From Octopus sinensis (taxonomy: Eukaryota), in contig NC_043001.1 of assembly GCF_006345805.1 (NCBI RefSeq), forward strand, positions 109,306,001-109,370,000: DNA of 64,000 bases, given 5' to 3'. Positions 13,047 through 25,283 of the stretch are shown piece by piece. The notes below the pieces were generated by a model. It saw only the letters and a list, made by a program, of their open reading frames with translations. It was not told the origin of the DNA and ran no database searches. Position 1 is the first letter of the stretch; every line of letters begins with the position of its first letter. The position numbers and the translations under genes were made by a program.

Positions 13047-13800
13047 GAGTTGATTTAGCGAAGGAGAAAGATTCAGGAGTGCAACTACATGAGGGTGAAA
13101 TAGAGGAATTGTTCACGGTAGAGACAGAGAAGGAAAAAGTTTTAGTAATAGAAGATGACACGGAGCTTTTCGGTTTGAACGGCAGTTTTTTCTAGCGGTG
13201 TCATATGAAATTGTCACCCATAATTATGACCCTAGAATTGATCTATTGCATTTCAATCTGTTTTAGGGTTAGGGTTAGGGGTGGGGGAAGGATATCTTTT
13301 ATCTTCACAAATGTAAATAAACCCAATCTGTTTCTTAAACGAGGGACATATTCATACGGCACAGAATGTGTTTTTTACCTCAATAGACGTGAGTGATTGG
13401 TTGAAATTGCAGAAATTGAAGAAACAAAACAACAAATATCTTACAAACTATAGAATTTTCTCAATAAAGGCAAGAGAAAAAGATGTTTTATAAACACATT
13501 CTACCAGTATATGCAGTTTAAAATTTTTTAGTTACCTGGAAATTATGTTAAAAACTGCCGTTCAAACCGAAAAGATCCGATGACAGTGATATAGAGACAT
13601 GGTTAAGAGAAGAAACAGAAAAGGTAAAACCACCAGAAATAGAAGTAGAAAAGAGAAAACCAAGAAGAGGAAAAAATAAATGAAACTTCGTAAGATATGC
13701 CAAAAACAAGGAGGTGGAAAGAAAAATTACGAAATTTAAACATATCATAAGAGTGAAGTTACCCAAGGATGTATACTCAGAAAATGTAAAGGCCATTGTG
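13047..13800 (+). pseudogene. Older diverged paralogue of the same ORF1 C-terminal domain, split by a MITE
   Basis: EKDSGVQLHEGEIEELF vs EKDSEIQLAEEEMEGLF; *NFVRYAKNKEVERKITKFKHIIRVKLPKDVYSENVKAIV vs WYYVTYPKNVETEKKIVKFSQIVRVDVPSYIYAEDMKVIV. Confidence 0.8.
13161..13579. mobile_element. Non-autonomous DNA transposon (MITE), 30-bp TIRs, 6-bp TSD ATGACA
   Basis: TIR CGGAGCTTTTCGGTTTGAACGGCAGTTTTT matches the right end at 29/30; ATGACA at 13155-13160 and 13580-13585. Confidence 0.93.
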
Positions 13801-14100
13801 GACTTGTAGCAGTGGACAGTCAGCGCTATGGCGATCAGAGCTCGCTCTCAACACCATTGGGCTGACTGTCTGCTGATACGAGCCCACAGTCAGCGCTACG
13901 GCGATCAGAGCTCGCTCTGAGCGCCATTGGGCTGACTGTCCGCTGATACGAGCCCACAGTCAGCGCTATGGTGATCAGAGCTCGCTTTGAGCGCCATTGG
14001 GCTGACTGTCCGCTGCTACGAGCCCACAGTCAGCGCTATGGTGATCAGAGCTCACTCTGAGTGCTATTGGGCTGACTATAGGCTCGTACCAGTGGACAGT
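13799..14100. repeat. 70-bp GC-rich minisatellite (about 4 units), each a 54-bp imperfect palindrome plus a 16-bp spacer
   Basis: CAGTCAGCGCTA recurs at 13817, 13887, 13957 and 14027. Confidence 0.95.
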
Positions 14101-14679
14101 AAATATTCATTCACTCGTATGCATGCATGTATTACATATATATATATATTCACACACATATGCATGAATATAGAGAGAGACATAACGCAGAAGCCAACTC
14201 GTCTCCACGTACAGCCAATTATTTGGGAACCAAATTCCTCAGAGGTTATCACAGAAGTCTTCAAAGTGAGTACAAACGTCAGATGATGGTTTGGAGGCCA
14301 TTTTCAGAATTACGTAAGCTTTAAGTGCCCTGACTTTCCAAAGGTCTTCCTCGCAAGAGGGAAATGACATCTTTGTAGTAATGCAAAGTTAGTACCTAAT
14401 ATCCCATACTGCTTATGTGTTTAATTGAAATTACATCGTCCCAGCAGAGCAGCCCGTATATTTCACAACTGTCTTTCACTGCAGAATTTTTTCTTTGAAC
14501 ATGTATTAGAGAAACACTTTCCAGGTGCTTAAAATTGATTATAGTGCGTGAAGCGTACACAGGTAAAACAGATTATCTAAAAGTGGCAATAGTTGGGATG
14601 GCAAAATGGTAAACAATCCATATGTTTTACATCAGGTAAATATCGTAACATGAATTTGAATAAAAGACCCTTCGTTAGT

Positions 14680-14885
14680 CATATACAAACATAGGGCCGG
14701 TTTCTCGTTTATGTTCGGGCACACATCTGCCGCCCCTGGACGGGACACAATTCTGTTGCAGAATTATTCATTTTTGTCAGCCGAGTGGACTGGAGTAACC
14801 TGAGCACAACGCATCGTCAATCAAGGAATCGAAACAACAATCTTACGATCAGGAGTACCAACAACCTAACCACAAAGCCACAGCG
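14680..14885 (-). mobile_element. Diverged SINE-C group copy
   Basis: Similar to 41823-42072 (CCAGTCCACTCGGCTGAC module, CCCGTCCAGGGG, GAAACCGGCCC tail). Confidence 0.7.
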
Positions 14886-15261
14886 TCTGTAACTCACATG
14901 TAGCGTGCAATGCGGTTATCCAACATCTTTATTATTATTTGTATGAATTCACACGAATGAAAGATACATCTTGGTTTCAGGTTTGGTCCACATATCTCAT
15001 TGACAGGAATATTTTCTTGAACTGTTAAGGTTCCAGAAACCGTCCTGATCGAGTGCTCGAATCGGTTTTATCAATCGTGACCCAGATATGCAACAAATTT
15101 GCTGGACTGCATGTTACTAGCAACATTGACATGTCATCTGAAATGGACACACAGACACACAGACATACACATACACACACATACAAACGCACACACACAT
15201 ACATATGCACGGATGAAAACATATAAATATGTTAACATATATCTATATACAAACATACATG

Positions 15262-15545
15262 TAGAGGCTGTGTCATAAGGAGCTTGCTTACGAACCACAT
15301 GGTTCCGGGTTCAGTCCCATTGCGTGGCACCTTGTTAGTGGATTTGATAGACGGAAATTTCGCTTGACAGCCGATGATGGTGTGTTTACCTCCCCGTAAC
15401 TTAGCGGTTCGGAAAAAGAGGCCGACAGAATAAATATTAGGCTTACAAAGAAAAAGTCCTGGGGTCGATTTGCTCGACCAAAATTGTGGTGCACCAGCAT
15501 GGCCACAGACATATGACTGAAACATGTAAAAGAGTTAAAGAGATA
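15262..15545 (+). mobile_element. SINE-B, internally deleted
   Basis: GGTTCAGTCCC B-box and tail CAGCATGGCCACAGAC...GTAAAAGAG. Confidence 0.8.
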
Positions 15546-15692
15546 TATAAATATGTGTATGCATATCTATGCATGCATATGTAAACTTACATATATCCAT
15601 GTGCCTGTGCACATGTGAACGTTTGTGTGTGTGTGAGTGCAAATGACAAGAGCTTAGCGGTTACTACATCCAGTGTATGCTTGGAAGTATAA

Positions 15693-16327
15693 TTTCCAAT
15701 CGCGACCATCCCAACTGCCAACGTAACAGCTTCGGCCATTCGCTTCCTCCCTGTTTAGCAGATTTGCTCTTTTTTTGTGTGTTTTTGACGGGGGAGGTAG
15801 TGGGAGGAGCCGGTAACAATTTAATGTTGGTGGGCACGAATGGGAAGGGAGTTTGTTTATCAGTTGCTATGTGTATGTATATATATATACTTATATACAT
15901 ACGCACACACACGTATACATACAAACACACAAAAACACAGACATACATAGATACATACATACATACATCATACATGCATCATACATGCATCATACATGCA
16001 TGCATACATACTTACATACATACATGCATACGTACATACATACATGCATACATACATACATACATACATACATACATAGTTACCCTCCCAGGCAGTCACC
16101 CATGCATACTGGCCTCCCGTCTTAACGCCACCAGTGTTATCCAAGGGAAAGGGAAGGGCCGATACAGCTTGGCAGCAACGTGAAATAATGTGTGTCTTGC
16201 TCAAGAACACAACCACCCAGTCCGGTCCGGGATTCGAACTCACAACCTTGCGATCCTACGCTCGACGCTCTAACAACTGATCCTGCGCCTTCACATGTAT
16301 ATATATATAGATATATATATATACATA

Positions 16328-16369
<42 letters not shown>

Positions 16370-16373
16370 TATG

Positions 16374-16405
<32 letters not shown>

Positions 16406-16592
16406 ACACGCACTGACGCACTTACATACACACATGCGTACATATATGTGTGTATGTGTGCGTGTAAGTATGTATGCATTTATGTATTTATTCTGTTATT
16501 CTATGATATAGTTCAGCCACGCAGCTCCGGTCATGTTGGAGCAGCAACATGAATTTGTAGCCCTTCTTTTGTCCCCTTCTGTTGGCTTCATA

Positions 16593-16647
<55 letters not shown>

Positions 16648-17697
16648 TTGTCTGTCTGTCTGTCTGTATGAACGTCTGACTATCTGTTAGTTTGGCTCTG
16701 TCTCTCTCTCTCCCTCTCTCTATTTTATATTCATATACCACCGTATTTAATCTTTCTGAAATCAATAAAGTAAATCATTGGACACACACAGACACAAACA
16801 TACACGCACACACAGACACACACACGCGCGCACACACACACTCACACACTCACACACACACACAAATATATAAACAAATTGATATACAAAAATACCTCAA
16901 ACCTACGCACACACACATACATGCACACACACAAAGACACATACACATACATATATACAAACATACATATATATATATATATATTATATACATATATATA
17001 TACATATATATATATATAAATATATATATTTATATATACACATACATGCATAGATAAGTGTACATATATTTTTATTTTTGCTATATCTATATTAACATAC
17101 ATACTTCCATATATAAACATACCTACATATATTAATACATTCATACATACATAAATACATACATAGATAAGTACATTTATGCATGCATACATACATATAT
17201 ACATACACACATACATACATACATACATACATACATACCTACATACATACATACATACACACACATACATACATACATGCATGCATACATACATACATAC
17301 ATACATACATACATACATACATACATACATACATACATACATTCATACATACATACATACGTCATATACCTTATCGTCTGCTAATATCTTTCAATCCTGA
17401 AAGCGAGAGACTGTCCCGCTTCTATTTTTAAATATTATTATCATTGATGTTGGTAAACAAATTATGTCCTTGTTCCTAATATGGCCTTGGTCGTTTCTCT
17501 CAGAGCTGGGCACTCGGTAAAAGCTTTCCAATCGCGACCATCCCAACTGCCAACGTAACAGCTTCGGCCATTCGCTTCCTCCCTGTTTAGCAGATTTGCT
17601 CTCTTTTTGTGTTTGTGGCGGGGGAGGTAGTGGGAGGAGCCGGTGACAACTTAATGTTGCTGGGCACGGATGGGAAGGGAGTTTGTTTATCTGTTGC

Positions 17698-17700
<3 letters not shown>
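15693..17700. repeat. Local 178-bp duplication (15693-15870 and 17525-17700)
   Basis: TTTCCAATCGCGACCATCCC...GTTGCTAT present twice, roughly 90% identical by eye. Confidence 0.9.
16080..16293 (-). mobile_element. SINE-C group copy (tail GCCAAGCTGTATCGGCCC type)
   Basis: Head GAAGGCGCAGGATCAGTTGTTAGAGCG, B-box GTTCGAATCCC; homologous to 56139-56480. Confidence 0.8.
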
Positions 17701-17746
<46 letters not shown>

Positions 17747-17766
17747 ACATGTGTGTGTGTGTGTGT

Positions 17767-17809
<43 letters not shown>

Positions 17810-17940
17810 ATATATATACATATATATATATACATATATATACATATATATTTATATATATATATAAATATATATACATATATATATACATATATATACA
17901 TATATACATATATATAGATATATATACATATATAAATAAG

Positions 17941-17993
<53 letters not shown>

Positions 17994-18016
17994 TATATAT
18001 ATATACATATATATAC

Positions 18017-18064
<48 letters not shown>

Positions 18065-18269
18065 CCGTGTTTGTGTGAAGCGAAGGGCTGGTTGTTGTGA
18101 AAGTGACTGCGTTTTCATAGTCGCTGTGAATTGAGAGAGAGGGGAAAAAACGGCGGCGCCATTATTTGTGGGGGTGTGATTAGCGTGCATACGATAAAGA
18201 TGGCGCTGACAACGACGACGACGACAACTTGAGGAAGAGGTTGGTCCTGATGTTATAACAATGGCAGAA

Positions 18270-18870
18270 CTAGTGATAGTAGTAGTGGTGGTAGTGGTGG
18301 TGGTGGTGTTACTGGTGATGCTGGTTTAAGAGTTACAGGAGATATAAATGATGGGGGTGATGGAAGCGGCAGTGTTGGTGGTGATGGCGGGAATATTGTT
18401 GTGTAAATTGTGAAGGATGTTGCGTTTGTGTTAAGGTTTGTTGTGGTTGCAGTAGTGTGGGTGGTTGTAGTAGTTGTCATGGTGATCGTAGTAGTGGTTG
18501 GAGGGGTAGTGGAGGCGGTGGCGGGGGCAGTTGAAACTTTGCAGGTTTTTTTTAATATTCTTTCTAGTGGTTTGTTATTTGACGCGTTCGAGGTTTTGAC
18601 GCAGTAGTAATGGTTGTGGTGGTGGTGGTGGTGGCTGTGGTGGTGGTGGTGGTGGTGGTAGTGGTGCTGATGGTGGTGATGGTGGTGATGGTGGTAGAGG
18701 TGGTAGTGGGGGTGATGGTCATATCCTTGTTCTTGATACAGCCTTGGTCGGATCCGATGGAGCTGGAGACTGGGATAAAGAACTTTCCATTCGTGACTAT
18801 CCCAACTTTCAAACGAACACCATGGTAGTGATGGTGGTGGTAGTGGGGGTAGTGGTGTCGGTGGTGGTGT
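18270..18870. repeat. (GGT/GAT/AGT)n low-complexity trinucleotide region
   Basis: Imperfect triplet repeats giving His/Thr/Pro or Val runs. Confidence 0.85.
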
Positions 18871-19532
18871 AGCTAGTGATTTATCATGCATACTTAACTA
18901 TTATTGGTTTTAGTTCCAAATTTTGGCACAAGGCCAGCAGTTTTGTGGGAAGAGGCAAGTCAGTTAAATCGATCTCAGTGTTCAACCTGTACTTCTTTCC
19001 CCGACCCCCGAAAGTATGGAAGGCAAAACCAACCTTGGTGGAATTAGAGGCTTATATACTATTATTAAGTATACTGTTGTGGTGACGACCTGACAGAATC
19101 GTTAGCACGATAACTTGTGGCGTTTCGTCCACCGTTGCCATCTGGATTAAAATTCCGCGCAGACATCGACTTCGACTTTCAAACGTTCGAGGTCGAAAAA
19201 AGAAGTACCAGTTGCGTTCTCGGGTCGATGTAATCGACTTAAATCCTCCCCAAACTTGCTGGCCTTGTGCCAAAATTTAAAACCCAAATCGATTCTGTTG
19301 TTTTAAGAACACTTATATCATACAAGTGAAATAAGGACGGAAATATAGCTAACAGTATCTTACTGTTTGGGGAGCAGATCCTTCCACGAACGTCGACGTT
19401 GGTTTTATACTTAAAGGATCAGTAAAAATAGTATATATATATATAGTTAACATTTACAGAAAACAAATAAAAGTGAAGACAGTTAAGACAGGTGTATTAG
19501 TTTAGTTTGAGGCTCTGGAAGAATGGGATGGT

Positions 19533-19569
19533 CCTTGACGTTCCGAGCCTAAGCTCTTCGTCAGAAAGG
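19533..19569 (-). ncRNA. Minimal type-I hammerhead motif (CUGACGA intact, GAAA changed to GGAA)
   Basis: CCTTT-CTGACGA-A-GAGC(TTAG)GCTC-GGAA-CGTC-AAGG; flanks homologous to 8160-8260. Confidence 0.6.
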
Positions 19570-19730
19570 TTTGAGGGCGAGAACTGGAGCGGGGAAGAAA
19601 GCGGACAGACAAAAATTGTGTAAAGATTAATAGATTTAGAGTTCAACATGATATATATATATACAGGGAAGTTCACGAAAAAAAACGGAGAGAAAAAATG
19701 TGTATAGTGGGTTTATGTATATGTATATGT

Positions 19731-19797
<67 letters not shown>

Positions 19798-19799
<2 letters not shown>

Positions 19800-20215
19800 C
19801 GCAGGTGTGGGTGTGTGGTAAGAATCTTGCTTCCCAACCACATGGTGTCGGGTTCAGTCCCCCTGGGTGGCACTTTGGGCGTGTCTTCTACTATAGCTCG
19901 GGTGGACAAAATCCTTGAGTGGATTTGATAGATGGAAACTGAAAGAGGTGGCCGTCGTGTTATATATATATATATACACCACCAGGTGGTGCTATTAAGT
20001 TAGACATGGCCTGGGCCAATAATGGCCGAAACCTATCAAAGTATCAAAGTATCAAAGTATACACTGTTTGAACGTACACTGTATTCTTCTTTGAATAATA
20101 TATAGTCTATTGACTAATTTTTTCTTTCTCGCTAGAGCACTGGTAACTAAGAATTTTTCTATGAATATTCTTGCTACTCTCAGATTTTAATTTATACATA
20201 TATATATATATATAT

Positions 20216-20247
<32 letters not shown>

Positions 20248-21094
20248 ATATAGGCGCAGGTGTGGGTGTGTGGTAAGAATCTTGCTTCCCAACCACATGG
20301 TGTCGGGTTCAGTCCCCCTGGGTGGCACTTTGGGCGTGTCTTCTACTATAGCCTCGGGTGGACAAAATCCTTGAGTGGATTTGATAGATGGAAACTGAAA
20401 GAGGTGGCCGTCGTGTATATATATATATATATACACCACCAGGTGGTGCTATTAAGTTAGACATGGCCTGGGCCAATAATGGCCGAAACCTATCAAAGTA
20501 TCAAAGTATCAAAGTATACACTGTTTGAACGTACACTGTATTCTTCTTTGAATAATATATAGTCTATTGACTAATTTTTTCTTTCTCGCTAGAGCACTGG
20601 TAACTAAGAATTTTTCTATGAATATTCTTGCTACTCTCAGATTTTAATTTATACATATATATATATATATATTATATATATATAATATATATATAGGCGC
20701 AGGTGTGGGTGTGTGGTAAGAATCTTGCTTCCCAACCACATGGTGTCGGGTTCAGTCCCCCTGGGTGGCACTTTGGGCGTGTCTTCTACTATAGCCTCGG
20801 GTGGACAAAATCCTTGAGTGGATTTGATAGATGGAAACTGAAAGAGGTGGCCGTCGTGTATATATATATATATATATACACCACCAGGTGGTGCTATTAA
20901 GTTAGACATGGCCTGGGCCAATAATGGCCGAAACCTATCAAAGTATCAAAGTATCAAAGTATACACTGTTTGAACGTACACTGTATTCTTCTTTGAATAA
21001 TATATAGTCTATGACTAATTTTTTCTTTCTCGCTAGAGCACTGGTAACTAAGAATTTTTCTATGAATATTCTTGCTACTCTCAGATTTTAATTT

Positions 21095-21098
<4 letters not shown>
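19798..21098 (+). repeat. Tandem triplication of an about 450-bp unit (SINE-B 5' half + (TA)n + about 220-bp insert + (TA)n)
   Basis: Units start at 19798, 20253 and 20696 and are almost identical outside the TA tracts. Confidence 0.95.
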
Positions 21099-21164
<66 letters not shown>

Positions 21165-21639
21165 GTCTTTGTGTTTGTCCCCCACCATCGCCCCACCAGG
21201 GTGAGAACCCGTTGAGGGAAATGTGGTGGCATAATGATGGTTGGCTGATATGAGGGAAGGAGAGGAGACAGTAAGAGGCAGTGGGACATGGATCTGAAAT
21301 AATACCACTATACGTAATATCTTTCATTTTCTTCCATACATTTTCTTCCCTTGAGGAAGGGACAGCGAGACAGGGTACGTGAGAAACAGACGGTGAGAAC
21401 GAGAGACAGGGAGAGGGCGGGTGTGAGAGAATGTGTTTACTGAAGGGAAGAACGAATTTTAATACTTTGTTCTTGAATTTTTTTACCTTATCACTTAACG
21501 CATACGCTTTAGTGAATTAACTATCGTCTGCTCAGTCAAAACTTTTACAATATGTCTTACAACAGATGTTAAACTAACATGTGAATGGTTAAATTGTTTT
21601 TATATTTGTTTTCAAACCACCGTATTAAGATTTATTATA

Positions 21640-21900
21640 ATTTTACCAACGTACTGAGACGATAATACTATATACAATATCTTTTATCTTCTTCCATAGA
21701 TGAATAGCCTTTTGCTGTCGGGCAATTTTTGTCAATAGAATGTCTTGTATACATTTTTGTTTATTCCATGTTTGACCATGATTTCCTCGACAGATAGGTC
21801 GCTTGATCAGAAATAATTTGCGGAATTCTTCGCAAAACATTTCCTTGACGATCTTTTTCTTTTTATAATTATTTACATGTTTGTTCGACCGTTTCCCATG
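21640..21900 (-). pseudogene. Possible decayed piggyBac-like transposase fragment
   Basis: Off-track frame reads SDLSVEEIMVKHGINK...SQYVGK, resembling the LSVDESMV..(F/Y).G.HG.KQ and Y.GK motifs; has stops and frameshifts. Confidence 0.3.
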
Positions 21901-22453
21901 ACTTTATTCATTAAAACTTATTAAAACTTCAGAAGTTCTCACACCTTTGTTTGATAATAATTCGTCATCGGAATGATTTTGGTTTCATTTTGTGACAGAC
22001 AGCTATCATGTAGAAAATACCAAATCATGTTTTCTGATTTGGTAAACTTGACTAAACTTTAAACCCCAGTAACAAGGAATGTGAGGAGACATGAAGAGAT
22101 AGAGTGACAGAGAAAATGAGAGACAGATGAGTTGTCTATAGTGATAAAATGTTTGTGTTCATATAAACTCGCTCCCTCCATCGAGTTGACATTGCCTGTG
22201 CAGGTGCACGTGTGTGCAACACGTTGTAGGTAAAAATGAATGCTAAGCAACGCTAAATGAATCGTATTACTGAAGAACGTAAAACACTACTCGTTCAGGG
22301 AATCGAAATTAAATATCTCTACGTAGGCCTAGTACTTGTATCGGTTTTTTAGCCGAACAACTAAGTTACGGGAACGTAAACACACTAGCATCGATTGTCA
22401 AGCGATGGTGGGGACAAATACTGAAGTATTCACACACACACTTATATACATAC

Positions 22454-22507
<54 letters not shown>

Positions 22508-22706
22508 AAAATAAGAAGATGGAGAAATACATCCAAGTCAAATATAAACTACCAGATAATACCCAATCACATACTTTATTAAACCACTCCATAAGAAACT
22601 TTAAGGTCAAACATAATAATATAGAACAAAACAGTGTACATAAAGGAGTAATATGGTATAATAAGTACAATATGTATAAGAGAATGTAAATATAAATATA
22701 AACTAT

Positions 22707-22832
22707 ATCTTACAGCTGTTTCGGCCATGCAGATAAGTATGTCTCATTTTACTTATATTAGCCATGTGTAGTAGGTCAATATGTAGTATAAATGAGACAT
22801 TTACAAAAATATCCTAAGGCCTCTTCGGAGAT
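22707..22832 (-). ncRNA. Type-I hammerhead motif with long stem II (U4C variant)
   Basis: ATCT-CCGAAGA-GGCC...GGCC-GAAA-CAGCT-GTA-AGAT; palindromic ACAGCTGT stem III; inner 11-bp stem ATGTCTCATTT/AAATGAGACAT. Confidence 0.7.
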
Positions 22833-23466
22833 TCTGAAGTACAAACCAAATTACATATACACTCATATAAGTGTGGGTACATACCCATAATAAATCATAT
22901 ACATATACATATGAGTGCATATACTCATACTCCCATACATACACATATACATATACATAATAATATAAATAATATAAATCAATAAACATATATATGTTCC
23001 ATATTCAATGTTACAGTTTTACAACTTAATATTATGATATTACAATGTAGAGAACATACACATATTAATACCTAAATGCAGATACACAGAGTTAAGAGTA
23101 CATTATATTAATTTATATTAATTTACAAAATGTCATTAATGTTAACATCATTACTATTATCATTATCACTAATGCTACCAATATCATTATTCTTATTATT
23201 AATAACACTAATACTAGCAAAACAATATATAGATCACATTATTAGCAATATAATAGCAAAACCAAGGACCACAATAATACTACGGTACCATGCAAAGCAT
23301 TAAATATCTGCACATACATACAAAATAAGAAATAAAACCATTCGGTTTACATGATATTAAGTTCCACAGGTGCATAGATGTACATACGATTGCAAATTTA
23401 TAATTTCAATTGTGACACCAATACAGTATTATGTTTAGAAATAGTTACGAATCGAGCGTACTACGT

Positions 23467-23637
23467 ACGTATGTATGTATGTATGTATGTATGTATGTAT
23501 GTATGTATGTATGTATGTATGTATGTATGTATGTATGTATGTATGTATGTATGTATGTATGTTTGTATGTATGTATGTATGTATGTATGTATGTATGTAT
23601 GTATGTATGTATGGATATATGTATGTATGCATGTATG

Positions 23638-23669
<32 letters not shown>

Positions 23670-23860
23670 TGTATGTATGTATGCATGTATGTATGTATGT
23701 ATGTATGCATGTATGTATGTATGTATGTATGCATGTATGCATGTATGCATGTATGTATGTATGTATGTATGTATGTATGTATGTATGTATGTATGTTTGT
23801 ATGTATGTATGTATGTATGTATGTATGTATGTATGTATGTATGTATGTATGTATGCATGT
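23467..23860. repeat. About 400-bp (ATGT)n array
   Basis: Direct tetranucleotide repeat. Confidence 0.97.
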
Positions 23861-24711
23861 ATTTCTTCTCGTAGTTGATGATTATGAAGCAGAACAGTGC
23901 TCTAAAGCATGTATGTCTATAATGGCAGTTCCAGTTTTCCTTTATCGGAGCTAGCATAACATATCAAGAACTGCACAATCTGACAGTTTCTCTGGTTTTC
24001 CATCTTCCTTTTCTCACGGAGCTGCGATGTGGAAAGAGCGAGAAACTCCGTAGAAACTCTTTGATGCACAATGGTCATGCCAGATGAAATCGAACTGTAT
24101 TATTGAAGAATCATTGTGGTTTGGTGAAGGGAACACATGTCGGATGTGTTATAAAGATTATTGGTTTTTAGCGCCAGAAAGTTATGTTCGAGCATCTTTT
24201 CATTACAAATGAAGCATCTCCACGCTGACAACATTGTCTTTTACGTATGTGTAGAACCGTATTACCTAATATGTTTATTGCTAAAGTAGCGGAGGTTAGA
24301 TAACCGGCAAGTCTGTTTATTATTTCTAGCACGCAGAGTGACGCCTTACAGGAACATGAAGGATCTATATCTTGGCTTTTTGATGAAACCGGAAAATGAA
24401 GTTTTATTGTTATCGATGCTGGTGTAGTCGTTGCAAATTTATTCTGTTCTCGTTGTTGAAACTGTTGGTGCTTTTGATAAATGAGTGGTTGTTGCAGATG
24501 GTAAAAGCAATGTGATTGTCGATGCCGTTTAGGGGCACCAATGGCTGCGTGGTAAAAAGTTTGGTTACGTGGCAGTTTGGGCAAGTGTGTTCTGCTGAGG
24601 ATTTCGTAAATGGAAACTGAAAGAAGTACGTCGGACACGCACACACACACACACACACACTCACACACAGAGGAACACACATTAATTCGATTATTTTGTA
24701 TTTATAGTTAT

Positions 24712-24752
<41 letters not shown>

Positions 24753-24984
24753 GTGTGTGTGTGTGTGTTGTGTGTGTGTGTGTGTGTGTGTATGTGTGTT
24801 TGTGTGTGTGTGTCCGTATGTGTATATATATACACACACATACACATATATAAATTCTATAATTATAATCATAATTATAATTATAGAATTTTTGTATAAG
24901 GTTATCGATAAAGGTTATTTCAACATACCGAACTACTTGGTAAAATTATTAATTATTAATTGATTAATTAATTATACCCTTTAT

Positions 24985-25018
<34 letters not shown>

Positions 25019-25233
25019 CATAATGTAGGGTGAAATTAATTAATTTAGAATAATCATTCATTTCACCATGTAGATTTCGGCATGTAAAAGCCCCATTTGA
25101 GGAAAGTTTAAGTAATATATAGTAGTTAAGGGTTTAGCAACGATTTGCCTCACCACACACCGAATTATATAGTATATATACACATAGGTATATATGTATA
25201 TGTATTTATGTATATATATATATTATATATATA

Positions 25234-25283
<50 letters not shown>

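Noticed and set aside
13263-13286. Interstitial telomere or chromosome fusion site
   Set aside because: Only three TTAGGG units, and they lie inside a MITE.
13799-14100. CRISPR-like palindromic repeat-spacer array
   Set aside because: Spacers are copies of one another, the context is eukaryotic, and no cas genes are present.
18253-18891. 212-aa His/Thr/Pro-rich ORF on - strand
   Set aside because: It derives from (ACC)n-type repeats read in shifting registers, with no recognisable domain or clear splice support; not excluded, but unsupported.
20005-20040. GGCC-AATAAT-GGCC-GAAAC as a hammerhead
   Set aside because: No CUGANGA box, cleavage triplet or stem I; the homologue at about 32230 also lacks them.
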